From an uncultured virus (IMG/VR IMGVR_UViG_2565956946_000004) (lineage: Duplodnaviria > Heunggongvirae > Uroviricota > Caudoviricetes): a DNA stretch of 20,000 bases. The notes under the pieces are model-generated. The model was not told where the DNA came from. It ran no database searches and saw only the letters and a program-made list of their open reading frames with translations. Of this stretch, positions 1-9,500 are shown one piece after another. Location: the IMG/VR virus record IMGVR_UViG_2565956946_000004, one strand, 5' to 3'. A program made the translations under genes and the position numbers. Within the stretch, counting starts at the first letter, position 1; every line of letters begins with the position of its first letter.

Positions 1-1
1 T

Positions 2-502
2 CTAAATGCTGAGCTAAGCGTCTTAGAATACCGATTTAGAAACGAGTATGAAAACAGCCGTCTAATGATTATCTCCACGTTAGACAGAACTAAGATGGCT
101 TATGTCAAAGGTCACACGCGTCGAGACGTACCAGAATTAGGCTCTCAGCGACCCGAAGTGAAATTATCCAATGATGAAGAGCATTTCAATGTTGGGGAGC
201 TGTACAGCTATGCCCTTGATGAAATTCACACCTACATGCGCGAACACAATGATGCCACTCATCATAAATGTGAACGCGAGGAGTACACTGTATTTTTTAA
301 TAACTCGTTTAGAGCGGGAGAGCTGATTGGAAAGATAGAAGGGGCTGTTGGTGGCTCAAAAGCCAGAGAAGTGCTGTGCTTTCTTGGGGCGTATTTTGCG
401 CTCACCAAAGAAAGTGTAGATCAACCCGAAGTTCCAAATCCAAAAAGAACAAATCCTAATTATTCAAAAAGAACAAATCCTAATTGGGGGTTATTTTCAT
501 GA
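2..502 (+). CDS. Hypothetical phage protein, 5'-partial
   Basis: Frame is open from position 2 (LNAELSVLEYRFRNEYENSRLM...) through the track ORF 65..502; its TGA overlaps the next ATG (ATGA 499-502). Confidence 0.7.
   Translation, partial: LNAELSVLEYRFRNEYENSRLMIISTLDRTKMAYVKGHTRRDVPELGSQRPEVKLSNDEEHFNVGELYSYALDEIHTYMREHNDATHHKCEREEYTVFFNNSFRAGELIGKIEGAVGGSKAREVLCFLGAYFALTKESVDQPEVPNPKRTNPNYSKRTNPNWGLFS
441..485 (+). repeat. Tandem duplication, two identical 21-bp copies at 24-bp period
   Basis: caaaaagaacaaatcctaatt at 441-461 and 465-485; encodes KRTNPN(Y/W) twice. Confidence 0.9.
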
Positions 503-864
503 GAAAACCACACTCAATCAACGGCAAACAAGTCGGCATGGTTTACACGCAAGGCGGCAAATCTATCTACTTGGCCATGAGATCAGGAGCTAAGAATCGC
601 AATATTGATTTAAAGACCAACTCATGGCTTTTTGAACCTATTATCATCAGTCATTGTATTAACAACTCAATTGATGCAATTGGGGTAGTTCACCGCGTAA
701 ACAAGAAATGCACTTACTACCTCACCCCTTTAAGCCACTTTCTCGAGAACTGCGAACCACACAGCACATCAAAAGGCTTGTACAAACGTTTAAACATGAA
801 CAAATTCATGATCAATTCAGAGCGTTTTCACGGCAATCTTGAAAAATCACTCAAAATTAAGTAG
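499..864 (+). CDS. Hypothetical phage protein
   Basis: Track ORF 484..864; ATG 499 preferred because of ATGA coupling with the upstream stop. Confidence 0.7.
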   Translation: MRKPHSINGKQVGMVYTQGGKSIYLAMRSGAKNRNIDLKTNSWLFEPIIISHCINNSIDAIGVVHRVNKKCTYYLTPLSHFLENCEPHSTSKGLYKRLNMNKFMINSERFHGNLEKSLKIK

Positions 865-872
865 CCTATTAT

Positions 873-888
873 TCAGTCACCAATGACT
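873..888. promoter_or_regulatory. Palindromic operator-like motif, copy 1 (tcAGTCA-ccaa-TGACT)
   Basis: Intergenic; matches four other copies; TAAAAT at 895-900. Confidence 0.7.
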
Positions 889-896
889 TACTTTTA

Positions 897-944
897 AAAT
901 GTTCATATCTGAAACAAACAAAGAGTTTAAAGATATGAACATTT
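897..944. repeat. Perfect 14-bp inverted repeat over the start of the hicA-like ORF
   Basis: aaatgttcatatct (897-910) and agatatgaacattt (931-944), 20-nt loop. Confidence 0.85.
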
Positions 945-1147
945 CTAACAATCGCACGATTGACCGAGCAGCTAAAGCCTTAATTAAGGAAGGTTGGACA
1001 TATCGCCAAAGTAAAGGCGGTCACGTTGTCTTGAAAGACCCAAAAACGGGCTTTTCTCTCCCCGCTCCTGTTTCTCCTTCTTGCCATAGAGCCGAGAAAA
1101 ATTGGCTTTCAGCTGTGAAGAAAATACGACAAGGAGTTCGACCATAA
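935..1147 (+). CDS. HicA-like (mRNA interferase fold) small protein; alternative start 899
   Basis: ALIKEGWTYRQSKGGHVVLKDP...PVSPS fits the HicA GW..R..G(S/G)H pattern; about 70 aa, basic. Confidence 0.65.
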   Translation: MNISNNRTIDRAAKALIKEGWTYRQSKGGHVVLKDPKTGFSLPAPVSPSCHRAEKNWLSAVKKIRQGVRP

Positions 1148-1545
1148 TGATTTTGACATCCGCGCTGACATGCCTAGCTTTGAACATTTACCACGAAGCA
1201 CGAGGTGAACCAAAGCTAGGCAAAGAGTTAGTTGCAATTACCACCCTTAACCGCGCTGAAGGCGACAATAGTAAAATTTGTCAGGAAGTCCTTAGAAAAC
1301 ATCAATTCTCATGGACTGCAAGTAAGGTAAGCGGTAGAACGCTCAACAGCAGCGGAAAGCCAAAAGAAAAAGAAGCTTGGGAAGATTCAAAACGAATTGC
1401 AGAACAAGCCTTAAATGGTCGATTTTCAGTTCCAGTACGGTACAGCGGTGTTACTCATTTTTTCTCACATCGTAAGCGAGGCTGGGAAAAACAACTCAAA
1501 TATGTTGGTCAAATAGGCAACCATCATTTTTATATGGCAAAATAA
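1147..1545 (+). CDS. Cell wall hydrolase, SleB/Hydrolase_2 family
   Basis: CLALNIYHEARGE, NR, QFSW and IGNHHFY motifs; TAATG overlap with upstream stop; AAGGAG upstream. Confidence 0.85.
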   Translation: MILTSALTCLALNIYHEARGEPKLGKELVAITTLNRAEGDNSKICQEVLRKHQFSWTASKVSGRTLNSSGKPKEKEAWEDSKRIAEQALNGRFSVPVRYSGVTHFFSHRKRGWEKQLKYVGQIGNHHFYMAK

Positions 1546-1577
1546 TCAGTCAGTACTGACTTATTTATGTCTATAAT
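1546..1577 (+). promoter_or_regulatory. Palindromic motif copy 2 (tcAGTCA-gtac-TGACT) with TATAAT
   Basis: Palindrome 1548-1561; TATAAT 1572-1577; intergenic before the sbcD-like gene. Confidence 0.75.
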
Positions 1578-1606
1578 TATCACACAATTTTGTGGAAACT
1601 ATATCT

Positions 1607-2701
1607 ATGAAACCTTATGGCATTCAGTCAGATTCGCATCACCATAATTGGAGTGCGTTTTCACACACTACTGCTAACGGTATCAATAACCGTTTAGAAG
1701 GGTGTTTAAACGAAGTTCGCCGTCTTGCAGCAGAAGTTAAAAGCGCAGGCGGCAACACTATTTATCACACAGGTGATTTATTTCATGTGCGCGGGCAGAT
1801 TGCGCCCTCAGTACTAAACCCTACGCTTGATGTTTACCGCCAATTGATTGAAGAAGGTTTTATCATTCGTATATTAGCTGGCAACCATGATCTTGAAGAT
1901 CGTCATGTCACACGCACCGGCTCTGCAGTAACAGCATTAGAAGGTATCGGTTGTCAAATCGTTAATAAGCCTACTTTCTTCAATGATGATCGTGTTGTGA
2001 TGATACCGTGGATTGAAAGCGTAAAAGGGCTTAAAGACGAGATAGAAAAGGCTAAAAAGCACATCGAATCAATGCCATCCCCTCCGCCTTTGCGCTCTAT
2101 GGAAAGCATAAGTGATTGGACGTTAATGATTCATGCGCCTGTAGACGGCGTTATTGCGGGATTACCTGAGCATGGACTTACCGCAAGTGATCTTGAGCAA
2201 TATGGATTTAAGCTCGTATTTAGCGGTCACTACCATCATCACAAACAACTTAGCGAAACTGTTTATTCGGTAGGTGCATTGGCTCACTACACATGGTCTG
2301 ACGTTGGCCATAAAGCAGGATTCTTAGTTGTAAATAACACCGATGTGCGTTGGTACAAATCCCATTTACCTGCCTTTGTTGAAATTGATGGCTCAATGGA
2401 TGAATTAGACATTCAAGCTGTTGTGCCTGGTAACTATGTCCGCGCAAAAATCAAGATCGTTAAACAAATCGAAATTGAGCAGTTCCGCAAATACCTTACA
2501 GATATTGGCGCTCAAGGTGTGACGATCATTGCGTCCAAACCAGTTGCAGACGTTCAACGTGCAAACGCAGCGGTAAAAGCTGGCGCGTCAATTGAGTCGT
2601 CCGTAACTCAATTTATTACTAACTCGCCGTTAAACAGCCCTCAACTTGATGCGCTGTGCCAATCAATTTTGACAGAAGCGCGCATGGAGGTTGCTGAGTA
2701 A
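1607..2701 (+). CDS. SbcD/Mre11-like metallophosphoesterase nuclease; alternative GTG start 1592
   Basis: SDSH, GDLFH, GNHD and SGHYH calcineurin-like motifs; coupled to an SbcC-like ATPase. Confidence 0.88.
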   Translation: MKPYGIQSDSHHHNWSAFSHTTANGINNRLEGCLNEVRRLAAEVKSAGGNTIYHTGDLFHVRGQIAPSVLNPTLDVYRQLIEEGFIIRILAGNHDLEDRHVTRTGSAVTALEGIGCQIVNKPTFFNDDRVVMIPWIESVKGLKDEIEKAKKHIESMPSPPPLRSMESISDWTLMIHAPVDGVIAGLPEHGLTASDLEQYGFKLVFSGHYHHHKQLSETVYSVGALAHYTWSDVGHKAGFLVVNNTDVRWYKSHLPAFVEIDGSMDELDIQAVVPGNYVRAKIKIVKQIEIEQFRKYLTDIGAQGVTIIASKPVADVQRANAAVKAGASIESSVTQFITNSPLNSPQLDALCQSILTEARMEVAE

Positions 2702-4653
2702 TGGAATTTTTAACACTCAAGATTAATAACTTCTTAACGATTGGCGAAGCCCGTCTTGATTTAGCTAATCGTGGATTATTGTTGGTGCAAGGTGAAAACA
2801 AAGACAACTCATCCGCAGACTCAAATGGTTCAGGTAAGTCATCCATTGTTGACGCTTTATGTTGGTGCCTCTACGGAACTACCGCAAGAGACGTTACAGG
2901 AGATTTAGTCATTAATAAGACGGCCAAAAAGGATTGTGCGGTCGAACTCACGATTCATGACAATGGACAGTGTTACAAAATCGCTCGTCACCGCAAACAT
3001 GCGACACACAAAAACGCGCTGATTGTCTTAAAAACCGATATTTACGGCAATGAGTTACCTAATGGCAACATCACGAAAGGCACTGATAAAGAAACTCAGG
3101 AGCTTGTAGTTGATATTGTTGGTTCTACGCTAGATGTCTTTATGTCATCCGTATATGCGGGTCAGGAAATGATGCCAAACCTCCCCGCCCTTACGGATAA
3201 AAACCTGAAAGTCTTAATTGAAGAGGCGGCTGGCATTCAGGTTTTAGAGCAAGCGCACACCATTGCAAAACGTAAGTTAGCCGAAGTTAAAGCGAAGCTC
3301 TCAAATAAGCTCACAATACGCGATAATTTTGCGACGGTACTTGCGACCATGCAGAGTCAACTGGCTGAGACACAAGCGAAATTAAAGCAGTTTGACGACA
3401 CAAAAGAGTCACGCGCTAGAGCTGTGTTGAGCGAAGCGTTACCGCTGAAGAAGGCTATTGAAGACATCAAAGTCCAAATGGGCAATACCGACATTAACGC
3501 TCTCAATGCCGAGAAACAAAGTATTGAAACCGCGATTAGTAAAGCGGAAGATTTAGTTAATGAGGCAAAGAAATTAACTCAGATCCGTGATGACTTGGGT
3601 ATCAAGTACCGCATCACTAATAATAATTATTCTTCTCTTAAAACTAATTTAAATAATTTAGCGACCAAAATTCGAGGCATTGACGGTTTAGTTGGTACGC
3701 CTTGCACACAGTGCGGTAAAGAATTTTGCGCTAGTGATTTACAGCAAGCGCGGTCGGTTCAAATGAATCAAGCCCAAGTTGCAAAACAAGATGCGCTGAA
3801 AGCCAAAGCCGAAATGGAACAGGTGAAAGCTGAATTTGAAGCGGCTGAGAAGAACCTCAATGACTTCCTTCAAAACAATTCGCTGGACGTTCGCAAGCTC
3901 TATGCTGACAAGGCTGCTGTTGAAGGCGCAATTGCTGCATTTACTTCGTCAAGCTCTGAGATTGACCGCAATCTCAAGGACATTGAAAGAATCAAAAAGC
4001 GCGCAAAAGATGTAATGAATGAGGCGAATCCATTCTCAGCAATGGAAGCTGACCAACAAGCAAAAATTGCGGATTACATCGCAAAGAACTCTGCAATTGA
4101 TCAGGAAGTGCAGGAATTGCAAGCGTTAGTTGAATTACATGAACATGCGGTTTTGATTTATGGCCCATCAGGTGTGCGCGCTCATATTCTCGATACAGTT
4201 ACGCCGTTCTTGAATGAGCGAACCGAAGACTATCTCGGCGCACTTACTGACGGCAACACTCATGCGGTTTGGTCGACCTTGACGCTTAACAGCAAAAAAG
4301 AGCTTAAAGAAAAATTCACAATCGATGTCCGTGACAATACGGGCGGAGAGTCATTTAAAGGTTTGAGCGGCGGTGAAAAACGTAAGGTTCGTTTAGCTAC
4401 CGCTTTAGCACTGCAAGATCTGGTTGCTAGTCGCGCAACCAAGCCGATTAGTTTGTTCATCGGTGACGAAATTGATGATGCATTGGATAAATCAGGTCTT
4501 GAACGTCTTATGGGTGTGCTTGAGCGAAAAGCACGAGAACGAGGCACCGTGATCGTTGTGTCGCATTCAGAGCTGCGAGATTGGATTGACGATGTTGTGG
4601 TAGTCACTAAGGAAAATGGTTACTCAACTGTGAGCGGTGCAAATCTCGTTTAA
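2701..4653 (+). CDS. SbcC/Rad50-like SMC ATPase
   Basis: Walker A NGSGKSS, long coiled coil with CTQC zinc hook, signature LSGGE, Walker B FIGDE, D-loop ALD, H-loop VSH. Confidence 0.92.
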   Translation: MEFLTLKINNFLTIGEARLDLANRGLLLVQGENKDNSSADSNGSGKSSIVDALCWCLYGTTARDVTGDLVINKTAKKDCAVELTIHDNGQCYKIARHRKHATHKNALIVLKTDIYGNELPNGNITKGTDKETQELVVDIVGSTLDVFMSSVYAGQEMMPNLPALTDKNLKVLIEEAAGIQVLEQAHTIAKRKLAEVKAKLSNKLTIRDNFATVLATMQSQLAETQAKLKQFDDTKESRARAVLSEALPLKKAIEDIKVQMGNTDINALNAEKQSIETAISKAEDLVNEAKKLTQIRDDLGIKYRITNNNYSSLKTNLNNLATKIRGIDGLVGTPCTQCGKEFCASDLQQARSVQMNQAQVAKQDALKAKAEMEQVKAEFEAAEKNLNDFLQNNSLDVRKLYADKAAVEGAIAAFTSSSSEIDRNLKDIERIKKRAKDVMNEANPFSAMEADQQAKIADYIAKNSAIDQEVQELQALVELHEHAVLIYGPSGVRAHILDTVTPFLNERTEDYLGALTDGNTHAVWSTLTLNSKKELKEKFTIDVRDNTGGESFKGLSGGEKRKVRLATALALQDLVASRATKPISLFIGDEIDDALDKSGLERLMGVLERKARERGTVIVVSHSELRDWIDDVVVVTKENGYSTVSGANLV

Positions 4654-4669
4654 TCCCGTCTAAACATAC

Positions 4670-4707
4670 CGCTAATACGCACAGATTGCGCGTATTAGCG
4701 CGTTTTT
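4670..4707 (+). terminator. Probable intrinsic terminator
   Basis: cgctaatacgc (4670-4680) / gcgtattagcg (4690-4700) 11-bp stem followed by cgttttt. Confidence 0.7.
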
Positions 4708-4753
4708 CGTTAAGGGCATACAAATTCACACATTAATTGCAAGGAGAGCATTT

Positions 4754-5386
4754 GTGAACATCTATGAAGCTATTGAGGATGAAGTCCTCGCTCAGCTAGA
4801 AAAGGAGGACAGTTTAATTCAGCAGCATTTGAATTTGTGCGCAAATGAGGATGCAAAACTCGCTTCAAAAGTGAAGGAAATCCTTTCTGGCGTTGTGCAT
4901 CAAATGAATGCTGAACTTGATATGAATGCTAACGACTCTGAATTTTCCCCTCTGTCATTTGCTAACGAGTTTATGTTGGCTCAGGGTGGGAATATTCAGG
5001 TTCGAAAAATCTATAAAAGCGGTACGGACTCTTGGACGCAGCGAGAGTTTTTGGGTGGAGAATCATTCCTTTTGTTTAAGGCTGGCATAAATGAAAGCCT
5101 CATTGAGCAAATGGACTTTTGGAAAGTTCAAGAGGACATCCTTGATTTAATTCACCTCCGCTTCAGACCCGCTTTTGCTGCCGATTTTGCAGAAATCATG
5201 GTTGATATAAATCGTGGCCGTCAGCTTTTTAACGGATTGCATGAAACGCTGACGGAAGTTTTCGACAGCTTGTCATTTAGACCAGCGATCAAATCAATCC
5301 AAGAGGCAAAAGCGGAAATCAAGAAGCTCCGCTGTGTGCGCGAGCAAAAGATTCAAAGTTTAAAAAACAATGTGGCAGTGTGGTAA
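4754..5386 (+). CDS. Hypothetical protein ending NNVAVW
   Basis: 210-aa ORF, GTG start preceded by AAGGAG. Confidence 0.75.
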   Translation: MNIYEAIEDEVLAQLEKEDSLIQQHLNLCANEDAKLASKVKEILSGVVHQMNAELDMNANDSEFSPLSFANEFMLAQGGNIQVRKIYKSGTDSWTQREFLGGESFLLFKAGINESLIEQMDFWKVQEDILDLIHLRFRPAFAADFAEIMVDINRGRQLFNGLHETLTEVFDSLSFRPAIKSIQEAKAEIKKLRCVREQKIQSLKNNVAVW

Positions 5387-5389
5387 AAA

Positions 5390-5983
5390 ATGAGTAATAC
5401 AGTACGCGTAATCGGGATTGACCCATCATTAAAGAATTTCGGAATCGTAGTTGCCGATGTGAATTTGGATGATCCAGATCTTTCATTCTCTGTTGTGAGC
5501 ATGAACTTAATTAAATCTGAAGAGAACAAGGCAACTAAAAAAGTTGTTCGCAAAAACAGTGATGACTTACGCCGGGCAAAATCGCTTCATGATGGTTTAA
5601 AAGAAGCTTGTAAGGGTGCTTCATTTGCTATTTGCGAAGTTCCTGTTGGCTCTCAGTCAGCGCGAGCAATGGTTTCTTACGGTATTTGCATTGGGGTTTT
5701 GTCTAGTTGTCCGCTTCCTTTAATTCAAGTCACACCGACCGAAGTAAAATTAGCTGGAACCGGCATTAAAACCGCAACAAAGGGCGAAATGATCGAAGCT
5801 GCAATGAATGCTCATCCTGAAGCTAAATGGCCAATGCGAAAAATCAAAGGCGTACTAGAGCCATTAAGTAGTAACGAACATTTGGCAGATGCTACTTTCG
5901 CGATTAAGGCAGGTTTGGACACCGACGAGTTTAAATCTGCAATTCAGATGCTCAAGCAGTTAAAAAATGCCCAACTAAATTAA
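5390..5983 (+). CDS. RuvC-like Holliday junction resolvase (RNase H fold)
   Basis: VIGIDPSLKNFG, ICE, PTEVK..GTG...ATK.EM and EHLADA acidic-residue pattern. Confidence 0.8.
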   Translation: MSNTVRVIGIDPSLKNFGIVVADVNLDDPDLSFSVVSMNLIKSEENKATKKVVRKNSDDLRRAKSLHDGLKEACKGASFAICEVPVGSQSARAMVSYGICIGVLSSCPLPLIQVTPTEVKLAGTGIKTATKGEMIEAAMNAHPEAKWPMRKIKGVLEPLSSNEHLADATFAIKAGLDTDEFKSAIQMLKQLKNAQLN

Positions 5984-5996
5984 AAAATTAGGCACT

Positions 5997-6020
5997 AGAT
6001 CAGTCAGTACTGACTATACT
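5997..6020 (+). promoter_or_regulatory. Palindromic motif copy 3 overlapping TATACT
   Basis: agatcagtcagtactgactatact, identical over 24 bp to 11443-11466. Confidence 0.8.
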
Positions 6021-6058
6021 ATTAAGGCGGCGATTTGTCGCCTTAATATTTTATTTAT
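6021..6058 (+). terminator. Terminator-like hairpin
   Basis: attaaggcg / cgccttaat stem (6021-6047) followed by a T-rich run. Confidence 0.6.
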
Positions 6059-6080
6059 TAGGTTTTTGGATCACCAACAG

Positions 6081-6671
6081 ATGAGCAATGACAAACTAAA
6101 ACTCTTTGCAGAAGGAAATCCCGCTCGTGTTACCGTTCGGTTAGACCCCCTCGAAAGAGATATTGAAGCCGCACTTAGTTACTCCAAAAGTAAGGCTATG
6201 AAAATAGCGGTAAACGAAGGCTTCATTTCCTCTCAATGCCTGAATTGTCATTGCTTTAAGGTTCAAAGCGAAGTTGTTCGCACTCGCAAGAGCTGGGAGG
6301 ATGAGCTAAGAGTAACGATAAGATGTGATTCGCAAACGATTTTTCGACCAGTTATCTGCCCTGCTCCATTAGGCGCAAACGAGCTAACAAACAGCTTATC
6401 AAATCTCACATCGAGAGTAAGTGCGGCAGACCTTTCAGTCAAAGCAAGCGCAAGTGCAATTTCTTCGTTGGTAAGTCGAGTTGATTATGACTCGTTGCGG
6501 AATAAAAAAGCTGAATCATGGGATGGCTATTTTGAACGTGACTCAATTATCGTTCCACCCATAACGCCAAAGAAAACACCTGAAGAGCTAGAAAAAGAGC
6601 TTGAAGAAGCCTCAGATGAATCAGTGGGCATCACAAAAGATACCCCTCGAACTGGTGGGGTGGCATGGTGA
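6081..6671 (+). CDS. Hypothetical protein, Cys cluster (CLNCHC), acidic tail ending PRTGGVAW; alternative TTG start 6066
   Basis: Track ORF; stop overlaps the next gene. Confidence 0.7.
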   Translation: MSNDKLKLFAEGNPARVTVRLDPLERDIEAALSYSKSKAMKIAVNEGFISSQCLNCHCFKVQSEVVRTRKSWEDELRVTIRCDSQTIFRPVICPAPLGANELTNSLSNLTSRVSAADLSVKASASAISSLVSRVDYDSLRNKKAESWDGYFERDSIIVPPITPKKTPEELEKELEEASDESVGITKDTPRTGGVAW

Positions 6672-6985
6672 TTCTTCACAGACCTCGCAGCATGGGAAGG
6701 TTTGCCTTCAATCAAAAGCTTATAGATCAGCTCACAAAGGACTTAGCAAGACAAGGTAAAGACGTATGGGTGCCCTCTACCCCCGCCAAGCCGTCATCAA
6801 AGGCGATTTACATGGATGAATGGGACTCTATAGACCCTATGGCGAATGCTTGGGCGAAATCACTGTTCTCAAACATTGTCAAAGACGGAAAAGCAGCAGT
6901 GGTGATCGGCGTCGACGAAATCGAACCTGAAAAGGCTGCTCCGCTTGCTTCAGATAAACCCCGAACAAAAGCATTTGTTTGGTAA
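6665..6985 (+). CDS. Hypothetical protein ending PRTKAFVW
   Basis: 106-aa ORF overlapping the upstream stop; G-rich RBS-like sequence upstream. Confidence 0.65.
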   Translation: MVILHRPRSMGRFAFNQKLIDQLTKDLARQGKDVWVPSTPAKPSSKAIYMDEWDSIDPMANAWAKSLFSNIVKDGKAAVVIGVDEIEPEKAAPLASDKPRTKAFVW

Positions 6986-7030
6986 TTCTCGTGGCGAAAG
7001 CCACACAACGTAACGCAACAAGGAAACAAA

Positions 7031-9421
7031 ATGACCAACCGTGTAACCAAACGCAACGGCTCTACGGAGCCTTTTTCTCAAGAAAAAATTGAGAAAGCGG
7101 TAATTTGGGCCACAAAAAACACAAACGTGCCACCTCAATTAGTTATTGATAATGCAATTATGCTTATCTATGACGGTATTAAAACAAGCGACATTCAAGA
7201 AGCTTTAATTAGCGCAGCATCTAAACTAACTTCTGCAACCATGACAGATGCTTCATTTGTAGCGGCTCGCTTATTGCTCTTAGATTTATACAAACTTGTA
7301 TGCGGCGAGCAAGGAAAGGTCGATGGTGGTGGTTTTAAATATCCTCACATTAAGGATTACATTCAGGGGGGTGTTTCTTGCAACCTTCTCGACCCTGCTT
7401 TATTGCAAAGCTACGACCTAGATAGAATTAATGCCGCAATCAAGCCAGAGCGTGATTTGCTGTTTGGTTATTTAGGACTAGATACTCTAAAAGACCGTTA
7501 CTTTATTCGCAAAAATCGCGATGTTAAGTACGAAAAAGCGACTGGTAAAACTTCAGGTGAAATTATCGAATTGCCGCAACATTTCTGGATGCGTGTAGCA
7601 ATGGGTGTCGCAATTAAAGAAAAGCCTGAAAACCGCACGGCGCGCGCTCTTGAATACTATGAAATGTATTCAACTTTGAACTATATCTCTTCAACACCAA
7701 CGCTTTTCAATGCCGGTACATTACGCCCTCAGTTGTCTAGCTGTTACTTAAACCAAGTATCAGACACGATCACAGCCGAACTTGGTGACAGTCGTTATGC
7801 TTCAATCTTTGGAGCCATTGAAGAAACAGCTTTATTGTCTAAGTTTGCTGGTGGTATCGGCACAGATTGGACACCTGTGCGTGGTGAAAATGAAATCATC
7901 ATTGGTACAAATGGTATCTCTAGCGGTGTTGTGCCTTACATCAAAGTTCAAAACAATACAGCTGTCGCGGTAAATCAAGGCGGTAAACGTAAAGGTTCTG
8001 TGGCGCCTTATCTTGAATCTTGGCATCCTGATTTCATGTCCTTCTGTGAACTCAAGAAGGAAGCTGGTGATGACCGACTTCGTGCGCATGATGTATTCCC
8101 TGCCGCTTGGGTTCCTGATTTGTTAATGAAACGCAAAGAAGACCCGGAAGCAATGTGGTCGTTCTTCTCTCCGCATAAATTCCCTGAGCTTCATGAGTTG
8201 TATGGCGAAGAATTTGAAGCCCGTTATGAAGAGCTTGAAGCGCTTGGTGAATTTGAGTTCCAATTGCCTGCAATTAAAGTGTGGCGTCATATTCTTTCTA
8301 ACTTGTTTGAAACGGGCCACCCGTGGATTACATTCAAAGACGAGAGTAACCGCCGTAACCCTCAGTCGCATGTGGGGGTAATTCACCACAGTAACTTGTG
8401 TACCGAAATCACGCTAAATACATCTAAAGAAGAAACAGCTGTTTGTAATCTTGGCTCAATCAACCTAGCCGTTGTAATGTCGGGCGATAATCCATTAGAA
8501 AAATTGCGTACAGCAGTTCGTTTGGCCATCCGAAATCTCGACTCGGTGATTGACGTAAACTACTACCCATCAGAACGCGCCAAACTCTCTAACCTTCGTC
8601 ACCGCCCAATTGGTTTAGGTGTAATGGGTTATTACGAGTGGCTAGTAAAACAAGGTGTAGATTTTGAAAGTGATCAACATCTTGAACAAGCAGACGCATT
8701 GTTTGAGGCAATTTCTTACTTTGCAATTGAAGCCTCAGCAGATCTAGCGCAAGAGCTTGGGTCATATCCTTCATTTGAAGGTTCTAAGTGGTCACAAGGC
8801 ATCTTGCCAATTGACACTGCTAAGAAGATGGAAGATGGCAAGCCTTTCTTTGATCGCCCACGTCGTTTCGATTGGGAAGCCTTGCGCGAGAAAGTCAAGA
8901 AAGGCATGCGCAACTCAAACATCATGGCAATTGCACCAACGGCAACGATCTCAAACATTGCCGGTACAACCCAATGCACAGAAGTGCCATTCCTGCTTCA
9001 GTTCTATAAAACGAACTTAGGTGGCGTGTACAAAGTGATTGACCCATCGGTGCGTCATGTTGGAACAAACTATCACTTACTTAAAGAGGCGTTCTATGTT
9101 GATCAGCTATGGATTATTAAAGCCGCAGCTGTTCGACAAAAATGGATCTGTCAGTCTCAATCAACTAACTTGTTCGCTAAGCAAGGAACAACTGGTAGAG
9201 ACTTAGACCTCATTTACACCGAAGCTCACCGCAAGGGTTTGAAGACCACTTACTACCTACGTGGCCAATCAGCTACCAAAGATTCAGCATCGGCAAAAGA
9301 TGACGTCATTGAAGCATTGAAATCAGCAGTGGCTCAAGGGGCGACATTGAGTGATGCAGAAGCTCACCAACAAGCCAAATTGTGTTCGATTTTCGAGCCT
9401 GATTGCGAAAGTTGCCAATAA
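7031..9421 (+). CDS. nrdA: Ribonucleoside-diphosphate reductase class Ia alpha subunit
   Basis: N-terminal ATP cone (VTKRNG), STPTLFNAGT, QLSSCYL, SNLCTEI, VCNLGSIN, APTATIS, TTYYLR, C-terminal CESCQ. Confidence 0.97.
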   Translation: MTNRVTKRNGSTEPFSQEKIEKAVIWATKNTNVPPQLVIDNAIMLIYDGIKTSDIQEALISAASKLTSATMTDASFVAARLLLLDLYKLVCGEQGKVDGGGFKYPHIKDYIQGGVSCNLLDPALLQSYDLDRINAAIKPERDLLFGYLGLDTLKDRYFIRKNRDVKYEKATGKTSGEIIELPQHFWMRVAMGVAIKEKPENRTARALEYYEMYSTLNYISSTPTLFNAGTLRPQLSSCYLNQVSDTITAELGDSRYASIFGAIEETALLSKFAGGIGTDWTPVRGENEIIIGTNGISSGVVPYIKVQNNTAVAVNQGGKRKGSVAPYLESWHPDFMSFCELKKEAGDDRLRAHDVFPAAWVPDLLMKRKEDPEAMWSFFSPHKFPELHELYGEEFEARYEELEALGEFEFQLPAIKVWRHILSNLFETGHPWITFKDESNRRNPQSHVGVIHHSNLCTEITLNTSKEETAVCNLGSINLAVVMSGDNPLEKLRTAVRLAIRNLDSVIDVNYYPSERAKLSNLRHRPIGLGVMGYYEWLVKQGVDFESDQHLEQADALFEAISYFAIEASADLAQELGSYPSFEGSKWSQGILPIDTAKKMEDGKPFFDRPRRFDWEALREKVKKGMRNSNIMAIAPTATISNIAGTTQCTEVPFLLQFYKTNLGGVYKVIDPSVRHVGTNYHLLKEAFYVDQLWIIKAAAVRQKWICQSQSTNLFAKQGTTGRDLDLIYTEAHRKGLKTTYYLRGQSATKDSASAKDDVIEALKSAVAQGATLSDAEAHQQAKLCSIFEPDCESCQ

Positions 9422-9437
9422 TTTTAGGTTAATATAG

Positions 9438-9459
9438 TCAGTCACTACTGACTTATTAT
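9438..9459 (+). promoter_or_regulatory. Palindromic motif copy 4 (tcAGTCA-ctac-TGACT) with TATTAT
   Basis: Palindrome 9440-9453 in the nrdA-nrdB spacer; hairpin follows at 9462-9482. Confidence 0.75.
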
Positions 9460-9500
9460 GCAGGGGTGTTTTTAACGCCCCTCTTTCATGGAATAAAGAA

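Noticed and set aside
9422..9500. NrdR box upstream of nrdB
   Set aside because: Only a short aatatagt partial match; no tandem boxes here or before nrdA.
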